From assembly GCF_006345805.1 (NCBI RefSeq), contig NC_043001.1, positions 125,984,001 to 126,048,000 on the forward strand: DNA of 64,000 nt. The letters run 5' to 3'. Positions 39,301 to 51,625 of this stretch are shown here, in pieces. The first letter of the stretch is position 1; each line of letters begins with the position of its first letter. The translations under genes and the position numbers were made by a program. Under the pieces are notes generated by a model. The model saw only the letters and a program-made list of their open reading frames with translations. It was not told the origin of the DNA and ran no database searches. This stretch comes from Octopus sinensis. Lineage: Eukaryota.

Positions 39301-40124
39301 GGATGAAACTTGTGTGGAGGCACATGGCCTAGTGGTTAGAGAAGTGGACTTGCAATCGAGGGATCGCGGGTTTGAATCTCAGACCGGGCGATGTGTGTGT
39401 TTATGAGCGAAACACCTAAACTCCATGCAGCTTCAGCAGAAGGTAATGGCGAACTTCTGCTGACTCTTTCACCACAACTTTCTCTTACCTGCGATGGACC
39501 GGCGTCCCATCCAGGTGGGGAACCTATATGCCAAGGAAACCAGCCCTTATGAGCCAGGCATCGGTCAAGAAGGAACAGGATGGAACTTGTGTGGAGGCAC
39601 ATGGCCTAGTGGTTAGAGAAGTGGACTCGCGGTCGAGGGATCGCGGGTTCGAATCTCAGACTGGGCAATGTGTGGGTTTATGAGCGACACACCTAAACTC
39701 CACACAGCTTCAGCAGAAGGTAATGGCGAACTTCTGCTGACTCTTTCTCTCACCTGCAATGGACCAGCATCCCATCCAGGTGGGGAACCTATATACCAAG
39801 GAAACCAGCCCTTATGAGCCAGGCATCAGTCAAGATGGAACTTGTGTGGAGGCACATGGCCTAGTGGTTAGAGAAGTGGACTTGCAGTCAAGGTATCGCA
39901 GGTTCGAATCTCAGACCGGGCGATGTGTGTGTTTATGAGTGAAACACCTAAACTCCACGCGGCTTCAGCAGAAGGTAATGGCGAACTTCTGTTGACTCTT
40001 TCTCCACAACTTTCTCTCACCTGCGATGGACCAGCGTCCCATCCAGGTGGGGAACCTATATGCCAAGGAAACCGGCCCTTATGAGCCAGGCATCGGTCAA
40101 GAAGGAACAGGATGGAACTTGTGG
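39301..40124 (+). mobile_element. Tandem trimer of tRNA-derived SINE family D
   Basis: Three units with head TGGCCTAGTGGTTAGAG...GGTTCGAATCTC. The junction motif GATG(G/A)AACTTGTG occurs at about 39302, 39579, 39834 and 40111. Confidence 0.85.
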
Positions 40125-41034
40125 AAGTGGGATAATCAGGAAGATATGAGAATGAAGGGGTGAAGGTTGGTCTCAAGATGCCAAGCCTCATGAAGGAGAT
40201 GACAGAGGACCAAAGTGATTAGTGATTCACTGTGCTTGAGGAGACAGGTTTTGGCATAAAAGCATTTTGTTTATCTCTGTACATGCTGGGTCCTGCCTCT
40301 GTAAATATTCTACCCTGTCAAACATTCTCAACATCACATCCTTCTAACATCCATCCCACACTTACTCTTCTAACTATGGCACTTCTTCACTGCTGTAATC
40401 TCTTGAGATCAGAATCGGCACATTTTCACCCCACTCTTTTTTAACTACTATTTCCTCCTTCCTCACAGAACTCCTTCTTAACATCTGTCCCTCATTCACA
40501 TCATCATTCTTTCCCACATGATTTTTCACTGATCACTCCTTTTCTTTGCTTTCAGTTATCTCTCCCACTTCTCTGACCTACATATTAGGCCTATCATACC
40601 TTGTCCTTAACATCTCTTGTATTTGTTCTCATATCTGCCAGAGGTGTCCCCTCCCAACATTGTCACCCCATTCACTAAAGCCACCTTATGAACCTCTGAA
40701 CTCTGTGTCTCTGTTATTGTACATCACCTTACACATCATCCCCTTACTTTCTCATCTATCCGCTTTCCTGAACCATTTCTAACTCTCTCACCACACCTTA
40801 CCCCAACTCCATACTGATCTTCCCCTCAACCACACCTCCATCCTAGTTCATTACTAACTCCATTCACCTCTATTCCCATCTCTAACCAGTTGTTGCCCTT
40901 CTCTGGTACTCCTATTAAGTAACCTCACTTCACCACCAATCCACTGTTTGTATTCTCTCTTATACACCTTTTTGTATCTGGAGACCCTCTGGCATCTTGT
41001 CTATCTTTCCAGCTGCTCTCACCCACCATTATAT

Positions 41035-41530
41035 AGTTAAGTTAAGTTAATTTTTTGGCTCAAAAAGCAAAAAGCATGGCCATGTAGGGGGACATTGAGT
41101 TATGTACAGGGGTGTTCATGCAAAGAGTTCAGGCCATTTCTAGTCAAGAGAGGCTTTGAACCGAGCGGTCGTCGGCATCTTCACTATCTCGTCCGGCAGC
41201 TTATTCAACGGATCCGCAACCCGGATGGAGAAAGCCACTCTCCTTCGATTGAGATGAAATCGTCACAGATAGAGCTTTTCGGAGTGACCCCACAGCCTAC
41301 GCTCTGGGGCAGGAGTGAAGAACAGCTCTTTCGAGAGGTTACACTTTCCGCTTATGATGTTGTGAGCAAGAATGAGATCACCACGGCGTTTTTCCAGAGA
41401 ATAAAGGTCGAGCGCCTTCAGCCTTTCTTCATAAGATAAATGCTTAAGACCAAGAACCATACGGGTAGCCAGCTTCTGGACACTTTCGGGGTAGCCGTGT
41501 ATTGCCTCAATAACAAGATGTTTATACATA
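41035..41530 (-). mobile_element. CR1-clade LINE 3' end
   Basis: LESVQKLATRMV-like, LSYEERLKALDLYSLEKRRGDLI...GHSEKL, and a (TTAAC)n tail. Confidence 0.85.
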
Positions 41531-42296
41531 TTCCTCTGTTGTACTTAAGCCTCTCATCACCTTGTCCCTCTTTCTCAAATACCTCACTCAATTGAATGGG
41601 CTTTTTCCTTCTCTTGTCCTGCAAGTTACTTGGTGACCTCACTAGTGCTATTGGTACAAAAAGAGCATCCACTACACACTGTAAAGACTTTGGTGTTAGG
41701 AAGGGCAACCAGTGGTTGAAACCATGTTAAAGCTGACAAAAGAGTTTGACATAGTCCTGCAGCTTGTTGGATTCTTTCAAACTCTCCTACCCATACCAGC
41801 ATGGAAACTGGACATTAAATGATGAGTATGGTAGTGATGATGACAATAACGATGATGATGATGATATATATTGCCGGTGGCACATGACCTGCTGTGCATG
41901 AGGAGACCTATTGAGTCAAGTACATCCACATTAAAATTGTAGTTGTGATACCTGTGCCGGTGGCACATAAAAAGCACCATCCGAATGTGGCTGATGCAAG
42001 CGCCGCCTTGATTGGCTTCTGTGCCCGTGGCACGTAAAAAGTACCAACCGATCGTGGCCATTGCCAGCCTCCGCTGGCACCTGTGCTGGTGGCACGTAAA
42101 AAGCACCCACTACACTCATGGAGTGGTTGGCGTTAGGAAGGGCATCCAGCTGTAGAAACACTGCCAGATCAGACTGGAGCCTGGTGCAGCCTCCTGGCTT
42201 CCCAGACCCCAGTCGAACCGTCCAACCCGTGCTAGCACGGAAAACGGACGTTAAACGATGATGATGATGATGTTATATTATATGGAATATACATTT

Positions 42297-42412
42297 GGCT
42301 TATGGCCATATCACTTTGGAAGCAGCAGTTCTCATCTGATCAAAGTTAAACAATACCAAGCCTTGTTAATACTTAAATGCATGACTGCTTGGGAAACTTA
42401 GGTGCTGTAAAT
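42297..42412 (+). pseudogene. Decayed 5S rRNA-derived sequence
   Basis: GGCTTATGGCCATATCAC...CTCATCTGATC..AAGTTAAAC...GCCTTGTTAATACTT..ATG..GACTGCTTGGGAA..AGGTGCTGTA is collinear with eukaryotic 5S rRNA over about 115 nt, with many transitions. Confidence 0.75.
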
Positions 42413-43487
42413 ATCTAACTTTTAGACACAGGCATGGCTGTGTGGTAAGAAGTTTGTTCCCCAACCACATGGGTCTGGGTTCAGTCCCACCATGTGGCAC
42501 TTTGGGCAAGTGTCTTTCATTTTACCCCAGTTTGATCGAAGCCTTGTGAGTGGATTTAGGTGACAGAAATTGAAAGGAGCCCATCATATGTGTGTGTGTG
42601 TGTATTTATATATGAGTAGGTGGACAAATAATATATAATAATCAATGAATGAAGTAAAAGATGGATTTGGCATTAGTCTTTATTCAGTGCGACGATTGTT
42701 TTGACCCCTCCTGTGACTGTCCATGGGTGGGATATTGTGCATCCATCTCTGTGGAATTGATCAGTGTAGTCTGGGTCTCATTAGGTGCATGCATACTTAA
42801 TGTGGTGTCCTGCTAAATATGTTGAGTTCACACTCCAAGGCAGTGCCCCAGCATGGTCACAATCTAATAATTATACAAAAAAATGACACATCTCATAAAT
42901 TACAGCTGTTTCCGCTTCATTAATAAAACACTGGAGCAACATTGTTATTGATATAGGTAATATAAACCAGTAAAAATACCAACCACTCCAAGAGTGTATT
43001 AGATGCTTTTTATGAGCCACTGGCACAGGTGACATTTACATGACACTGAAAACTGCCATGACTACAGTTTCATTTGGTTTGACAAATTTTCTCGAGCACA
43101 GCATATTACCAAGGTCTTGGTCACTAGTCATCACCTCTGTGAGACCCACCATTCAAAGATCATGCTACCAGCAACAACCACAATTATGATTTCATGGGTG
43201 CCATATATTTATATATATATACCTTTGCCCATATAATACAGTAAATGAATTGATTGCATCGCAATCCTTAACATTTATGTATTAACTTTGTTGGGTACTT
43301 CACTTGCAGTATATTGGATATATGTTATCCCATGGAGGGTTGCATTTACAACCCCTATTTCAATTTGTATATATATAAAATTAAAATTAAAATGAGGGTG
43401 CAAAAGTGGATATTAATTTGATAACATCAATTTAACACCAGTGGTTTAGTATATTAAAAAACTGAAGGTTCAGTAAATTGTATTATA

Positions 43488-43635
43488 TACATATGAGAGG
43501 GATGACCACTATGTGAACAATCCTAATGCTGGTGTTTGCTAAATTTTCTAGAGAACATTTCTTAGTGGTAAGACCATAGCGGATCTACTTCTAGCATTAG
43601 GGTTGTCTACATAGTGGTCATCCCTCTCATATGTA
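43488..43635. mobile_element. MITE with ~43-bp TIRs
   Basis: TACATATGAGAGGGATGACCACTATGTGAACAATCCTAATGCT pairs with 43593-43635 with few mismatches. Confidence 0.75.
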
Positions 43636-44146
43636 TGTAATATATATATATCATTTGTAGAAATACATAAATCCAGAGGAAAAGCACACTCAGTTAATGT
43701 TATAGTGGGGTATAAGGCTGAAGGGAGACAATCATTTACCTTTGTGGTACTTTGGTGACTGCAAGATGGCAGTGCAGCCGAAGATCAATGGACAGTGGTA
43801 AAGGGAGATAATCACCCACCGCTTTACCCTTAAAAACAAGGCTATTCTTCCATATTTTAAAGCGGTCTCAGGCTAGCAGTGTTTGGGGTCTGGAGATATG
43901 CTGGAAAGCTAAACCCCTTATGAATGAGAAATACCCAGGATAACCCCATAAACCAGCCTACCCTACGATAAACTATATATAGGCGCAGGAGTGGCTGTGT
44001 GGTAAGTAGCTTGCTAACCAACCACATGGTTGCTGGTTCAGTCCCACTGTGTGGCATCTTGGGCAAGTGTCCTCAGCTATAGCCCCGGGCCGACCAATGC
44101 TTTGTGAGTGGATTTGGTAGACGGAAACTGAAAGAAGCCTGTCGTA

Positions 44147-44187
<41 letters not shown>

Positions 44188-45095
44188 CTGTGTTTGTCCC
44201 CCTAGCATTGCTTGGCAACCGATGCTGGTGTGTTCATGTCCCCGTCACTTAGCAGTTCAGCAAAAGAGACCGATAGAATAAGTACTGGGCTTACAAAGAA
44301 TAAGTCCCGGGGTCGATTTGCTCGACTAAAGGCGGTGCTCCAGCATGGCCGCAGTCAAATGACTGAAACAAGTAAAAGAGTATATATATATCTATTTATG
44401 CATCATCATCATTGTCATCCATATTCCATGCTAGCATGGAGTGAATGGTTCAACAGGATCTGACAAGCTAGAAGACTATGTTGAGCTCTAATGACTGCTT
44501 TAGTATTGTTTCTATGGCTGCATGCCCTTCATTGCCATTATTTCACTGATCATTCTCTCTATCTCTCTCTCTCTCTCTTTCTAAGTGTGAGTAGTTATGC
44601 AGTTCCCTTACAAGAACCTGTTCTTTCCTCATGCTCTTTCTCTCATACTCCAATCCCCTCATCCCCTTGCGCAAAGCCAGTACCTTGTCTCATTGCAAGC
44701 TGCATGGTGACTGCAGTAGGGTAGTACTTGTGGCACGAAAACAAAGTACTCAGTACATGCTGTAAAGTGTTTGGCATTAGGAAGGGTATTCAGCCACAGA
44801 AACCATGCCAAAGCAGACATTGGAGCACATTGTAGTCCCTGAGCCCACTGGATCCGACCAAACTATTCAACCCATGCCAGTATGGAACAGGGACAGTAAA
44901 TGATGATGACGATGATGTTAACAATGATGATATACGATGAGATTCTTTCCTCTCACAAGGCTTTGGTCCGTCCAGGGCTATTGTAGAAGATGCTTGCATA
45001 ATGTGCTCTGTAGTGAGACTGAACTTGAAACCATATGGTTGGAAATTGAACTTCTTAACCACACAACCATGCTTGTGCCTGTATGTGTGTATATG

Positions 45096-45147
<52 letters not shown>

Positions 45148-45189
45148 CAGTGATGTGTTTATGTATGTTGCATACAAGAGGTAATGTGG

Positions 45190-47140
45190 AGAGGAGCTGC
45201 TAGAGTCTTACCATGTATAGCTACAATTATCTCTGCCTACGTCCAACAAGCAAGCCTACCAAATGAACAGAAGGATCATTTTTATGATATTCTTCTGCAG
45301 GGTACCTCAAAGACAAGTGACAATGATCTCATCTTTGTGGCTGGAGATTTTAATGGGCATGTCGGACAGCAATCTGGTATCTTCCATGGTGTACGTGGGG
45401 GCCATGGAGCTGTACCAGAAATAAAGAGGGAGCTAGACTTCTGGAGTTCTGTGATGCAAATAACATATTGGTCTGCAACACCAACTCCAGGAAGCCAGCC
45501 AGCCACCCACCTGATAACCTAACAATCAGGTGACTCTGCTAGCCAGATTGATTTCATTCTCACCAGACAGTGGGATGCATGGTTGCTTTTAAATACAAAG
45601 ATCCTCTCAGAGATTTAAGGATATCCTTACCAAGAAGTTTGATGAGAAGAAGGAGAGCTACATTCCTGTGACATAGAAGCCAGCTTGGAATTCAAGACAG
45701 GCTGACCCTGGGAGCTCCTCTATGTTGATGACCTTGCTCTAATAACTGAGTCACTGCCAGAATTAGAGATGAAGTTTAGGGTGTGGAAGCAAGGTTTAGA
45801 ATCGAAGTGCCTTCGGGCTAACCTAGCAAAAACCAAAGTCTTAGTAAGTAGGAAGGCTGAAAAACCACAAACCCTTTCAGATAGATGGCCCTGCTCAATC
45901 TGTAGAAAAGGTGTGGGTAGAAACTCCAAAAAATGTACCTGGTGTAAGCTATGGACACATAAAAGGTACAGCAATATCAAAGGAAGGTTAACCAGGAAGA
46001 TAGTTTTTGTGTGTGGCAGATGCACAGGGGCAATAAACACTGAAGATGCACAGAAAACAGATTCCATCACATGTCAAGGGGAAAAAACTAGAAGTAGTTG
46101 ATTGCTTCCACTACCTAGGTAACCAAGTCTATAGTGGGGGAGAATGCTCTGAGAATGTAGTGGCTAGAATAAGAATAGCCTGGGAAAAGTTCAGGGAGCT
46201 CCTACCTCTGCTGGCAACTAAGGGCCTCTTGTTCACGATGAAAGGTAGACTGTATGTTGCATGTGTATGAACCATGCTACATGGCTGTGAAACATGGGCC
46301 ATGACTGCTGAAGACATGTGTAGGCTTGAAAGAAATGAAGTTAGTATGATCCACTGGATGTGTAATGTCAGTGTGCATACACGACAGATTGTGATCAGCC
46401 TGAGAGGAAAGTTGGACATAAGAAGCATCAAATGTGGTGTGCAAGAGAGACAACTGCATGGTATGGTCATGTATTACATATGGATGAGGACAGCTGTGTG
46501 AGGAAGTGCCACACCCTAACTGTGGAAGGAACCTGTGGTAGAAGTAGACTCAGGAAGACATGGGATGAGGTGGTGAAGCATGACCTCTTAACGTTGGGCC
46601 TCTCAGGCAATGACTGGAGACCAAGATCTTTGGAGATATGCTGTGATTGAGAAGACCCGACAACTAAAGTGAGATTGCAGCCATGGTCGATGCCAGTGTT
46701 GCATGTCTGGCCCATTTAAGAGTACTCTTGATGCATTGGGTGATATGATATGCTTGAGAAGACCTGTTGAGTCAAGTAAAACCAAAATCGTAGCTGTGGC
46801 CAGTGTCCCTGACTGGCTCCCATTCCAGTGGCAGGTAAAATGCATCATCTGAATGTGGTCGAAGCCAGTGCCCCTAATTGGCTCCTTTTCTAGTGGCACA
46901 TAAAAAGCACCATCTGAACGTGGTTGATGCCAGGTCTGCCTGACTGGCTCCCATGCTGATGGCGTGTAAAAAGCACCCACTACACTCTCAGAGTGGTTGG
47001 CATTAGGAAGGGCATCCAGCTGTAGAAACATTGCCAGATCAGATTGGAGCCTGGTGCAGCCGCTGGCTCTCCAGACCTCAGTCAAACCGTCCAACCCATG
47101 CCAACATGGAAAACAGATATTAAGTGATGATGATAATGAT
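45190..47140 (+). mobile_element. RTE-clade LINE, internally deleted and decayed
   Basis: Endonuclease motif IFVAGDFNGHVG, then PWELLYVDDLAL, a Cys-rich finger, LHGCETWAM, GR.RKTWDEVVKHDL, a 3'UTR and a (GAT)n tail. Confidence 0.9.
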
Positions 47141-47194
47141 ATATGAGTGTATATACATATGTGTGTGTGTATATATATATACATATGTGTATGT

Positions 47195-49050
47195 GTGTGC
47201 AACCACTGATGCTATATTTGTGGTAACACAGCTGCAGGAGAAATACCTACCCAAAGATAAACCTCTGTACTAGGCTTTCGTTTATGTGGAGAAAGCCTTT
47301 GACAGGGTCCCCTGATCCCTTATCTAGTGGTCAATAAAAGAAACTAGGGATGGATGAATGGTTAATGAGAGCTGTGCAAGCCATGTACAGGGATGCTGTC
47401 AGTAAGGTGAGGGTTGGCAATGAGTACAGTGAAGAATGGGTCCACCAAGGATCACTCCTCAGCCCCCTCTTATTCATTATTGTCCTTGAGGCAATAACAG
47501 AGGAATTCAAGACAGGATGCCCCTGGGAGCTCCTCTATGCTGACGATCTTGCTCTAATTGCTGAGTCACTATCAGAACTAGAGAAGTTTCAGGTGTGGAA
47601 GCAAGGATTAGAATCAAAGGGCCTTAGAGTCAACCTAGCTAAAACCAAAGTCATAATAAGTAGGAAGGTAGACAAACCACAATTCCCTTCAGGTAGATGG
47701 CCCTGCTCAATCTGTAGAAAAGACGTAGGTAGAAACTCCATAAGATGTACCTAGTGTAAGCTATGAACACAAGAGATGCAGCAATATCAAAGGAAAGCTA
47801 GCTGGGAAGTTTTTGTATGTGGCAATTGTATCAGGAGTAATAAACACTGAAAATGTGCAGAGAACAGCTTCTGTCACATTCCAGGGAGAAAAACTAGAAG
47901 TAGTTGATAGCTTCTTTTACCTAGGTGACCAAGTCAGTAGCGGGGGTGGATGCTCTGAAAGTGTAACTGCTAGAATAAGAATAGCTTGGGCAAAGTTCAG
48001 AGAGCTCCTACCTCCGCTGGTGACAAAGGGCCTCTCACTCAGAGTAAAAGGTAGACTATGATGCATGTGTATGAACAGCCATACTACATAGCAATGAAAC
48101 ATGGGCTGTGACTGCTGAGGACATGCGTAAGTTTGCAAGGAATGAAGCCAGTATGTCCGCTGGATGTGTAATGTCAGTGTACATACATGAGTGAGTGTAA
48201 GTGCCCTGAGAGAAAAGTTGGACTTAAGAAGCACCAAATGTAGTGTGCAAGAGAGACAGCTGCACTTGTATGGTCATGTGTTACAAATGGATGAGGACAG
48301 CTGTGTGAAAAAGTGTCACATCTTAGCAGTTGGGGGAATCTGTGGAAAAGGTAGACCCAGGAAGACCTGGGATGAGGTGGTCAAGCATGACCTTCAAACA
48401 TTGGGCCTCACCGATACAATGACTAGTGATTGAGACCTTTGCAGATATTCTGTGCTTGAGAAGACCCGATAAGCCAAGTGAGACCATAACCCATGGCCTA
48501 TGCCAGTGGTGTATGACCAGCCCACTTATGAGTACCCTTCAATCATTGGACAATAAACTCTGCTTGCTTGTGAAGACCTGTTGAGGCAAGTGAAATGAAA
48601 ATCACTGATATGGCCGATGACAGTACTGCCTGATTGGCACTTGTGCCAGTGGAACATTAAAGGCACCATCCGAGCATGATCATTGCCAGGGCCGCTGACT
48701 GTAGCACGTAAAAAGCACCATTCAATTGTGATCGTTGCCAGCATCACCTTACTGACACATGAAAAGCAACATTCGAGCATGGTTGTTGCCAGTGCTGCTG
48801 GACTGGCTCTTATGCAGGTGGCACATAAAAAACACATTTTGAGCATGGGCGTTGGCAGTACCACCTGACTGGCCCTCATGCCGGTGGCATGTAAAAGCAC
48901 CCACTACACTCTTGAAGTAGTTGGTGTTATGAAGGGCATCCAACTGTAGAAACTTTGCTAGATTGGAGCCCAGTGCAGCCTTCTGGCTCGCCAGTCCTCA
49001 GTCAAACCATCCAACCTATGCCAGCATAGAAAGCGGACGTTAAACGATGA

Positions 49051-49052
<2 letters not shown>
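47195..49052 (+). mobile_element. RTE-clade LINE, 5'-truncated, directly downstream of the first
   Basis: RT motifs EKAFDRVP, HQGSLLSPLLFIIV and CPWELLYADDLALIAES, a C-terminal GRPRKTWDEVV, and a (GAT)n tail. Confidence 0.92.
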
Positions 49053-49096
<44 letters not shown>

Positions 49097-50394
49097 TCAA
49101 GAACACTTGCCCACCACAAAAGAATTGAGATCTTAAAACCAAGGTATCACAAAAAAAGCTGGTACCATGTAAAAAGCACCCAGTACACACAGTAGAATGG
49201 TTGGTGTCAGGAAGGTCATCAAACTGTAGAAACCAAACCAAAACGGATTATGGAACCTGGTGTGACATCTGGCCTTGTCGGTACCTGTCAAACTAATGTA
49301 AAAAGAAATGGAATGGTGAAACTATTTTTTCATTTTATGAAAAAGCAATGTCTTGGACTTATCACACTTTTGCATAATAGCAATGATATATATCTATGTG
49401 TGTGTGTCTGTGTTTGTCCCTGCCCATCACCACTTGACAACCGGTGTTGATGTGTTTATGTCCCTGTAAGTAGCAAAAGAGACAGATAGAATGAGTACCA
49501 TGCTTAAAAAATAAGTACTAGGATCAATTCATTTGACTAAAAGATCAAGTTGGTGCCCCAGTGTAGCCACAGTCTAATGACTGAAACCAGTAAAAGATAA
49601 AAGATAAAAGTTCTTAGCTGCTTTCTTATATATGAGCAAAGCCATTGCTAGAAAGAATTACTGAAATGAATCATTGTTGATGCAATGTGAAGACCTTGTG
49701 CAAAAGATTTGCGCAATCTATTGCATAATGCACAGCTGTGCTGACTAGCAGAAGGAACAAGCACCACAGTATGAACTCTTTTGATATGCCTTTACAATCC
49801 TCCAACTGAGAGGCATACCTTTCCACAGGTTGCACATGTTCTTGTTCCCGCTATTTTTCCTTTCTACAACTATGTAAGGAAATGTGAGGCACCCAACAAG
49901 TGCCAACCTCACATCCTACAAATGCTTAAAAACTAGTTTTAGTGAAGCTTCTTTCAAAATTTGTATTTTGTTTTTCACACATTATTTTGTGTCAGTTGAA
50001 CTAGGTAAATATCAGAGAAAGAAACAAAGCTGTCTGTTTCTTGCAATACACACCAACACTTGTAAATAAGAAAATAAAGAGTTATATATATTTTTACGGT
50101 TGCGTTCTTGTTCATGACTGGAAGTTTCTGGAATCTAAAGAAAGGAAATTGTGTTGCACCCAAGTTGCACCCCACAGGTGTAACGAAGCAACCAGTTCCC
50201 TTTACAGTGGTGACCCTGACGTGATCTCTAGAGCATGCACATGAGGGAAGGTTCCAACGCCACACATGCACACTGAAGAAGGACATTCCGCACACGCACA
50301 CTGAAGAATGACGTTGCGTGTGCGCACACTGGAATATGACGTCACTACACATACATCTAAGGCAAAATTTTTTCAGGGCCCTTACAATACTATT

Positions 50395-50469
50395 GTGGAT
50401 CCTTGATTTATTATTTTGTTGCGTAGACCCCTAAAAATCTTATGTGGATCCTAGTTGAGAACCACTGCT
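50395..50469. mobile_element. hAT-like terminal fragment
   Basis: Ends in TTGAGAACCACTG (reverse complement CAGTGGTTCTCAA), resembling hAT termini. I found no partner end. Confidence 0.35.
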
Positions 50470-50569
50470 CTATCTGGTAACTACTTCTGTGCATCTACCA
50501 CCACCAAGATCTTTATCAACTCTCTGCCTACATTTGATTCCATGCACCCACAGATCACATTCGGTACAC

Positions 50570-50945
50570 TATATATTATTTTTACCGACTCCTTTTCTGC
50601 ACACTAAACAAAGCCTTTTCTCTGATGGCACTACAATCCTGTTTTCTTGCTTACTAAAACTTTATCATTTGCTAAGTTTGCTCTGAAGCCTCGTGATACT
50701 AGTTTACATTTCGGCATCAGAAACATCTTCTCTAAATTCTCAACAATCTCTACAATAAGGACTAGGCTATCAGCACATAGGAGTTCCCAATGACAACCAG
50801 TTTTAAACTTCTCAGTTATAGCTTGGAGAACTATAATAGGAGGGAGCTGAAAACCAATCTTTGGAGGAGACATACTTGTTCCCTCTGTGAATTCATCGCC
50901 AATCCTCTCTTTGCTGACTGTATCTCTATACATGACTTACACTAA
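50570..50945 (-). mobile_element. RTE reverse transcriptase fragment
   Basis: MYRDTVSK...FKTGCHWELLCADSLVL, homologous to 47350-47754. Confidence 0.75.
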
Positions 50946-51279
50946 TCACACATGCCATTCATACACTAGTTTTCTTAGTGACTTATAAACTTTAGATCGT
51001 TGTATTTTGTCAAAAATAGACCTTTTACAGATAGAAAATGCTAGGTAGGAAAGCTTTCTCTAGCATAGCAAACCTCTTGCAATTGTTTTGCTATGAAAAG
51101 AGTATCCCCTATGCTGTAGTAATCCATCTAATTTAAATGGATTCTATTCTTAATTGTGTTAAGACTTTGTGTTACTTTCATGTGTGTATGTATATTTACA
51201 AACTTATAGGAGAAACGTACACACGAACACATATATATGTGTGTGTACATGTTTTTTAATATACTCCGTATCAATTTAC

Positions 51280-51625
51280 TTTCCTAATATGGCTGCCGAA
51301 TCATTTTTCTTTTAACATTTCACCTCGTTTTCTATCTGATCTACATCTATGTATATATCCAAAGAAATAAACAAACGAGAATTCACTCTTTCATTTCTCA
51401 TTTGATTGAAATTTAATTTTTACCTTTTTCTTTTTTCATTTTGATAGCATTTCCTTTAATTATTCATATTTTTATACGCTCTTGTACCAAGAGTTTCTGC
51501 GTTTAATCAATTACCAAATAAAAAATAACAGAATGTCATAGGCCCGAACCGTTTTACATTGTTGTGTTGTCGAGTCACAATATTGACGATTTTTTTTTTC
51601 AAACTTTACCGAATTTTAGGTAAGT
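51280..51625 (+). promoter_or_regulatory. Candidate promoter and non-coding first exon of POLB
   Basis: Repeat-free, CpG-retaining stretch with a YY1-like AATATGGC (51286-51293) and a consensus donor TTAG|GTAAGT at 51620. The link to POLB is inferred. Confidence 0.5.
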
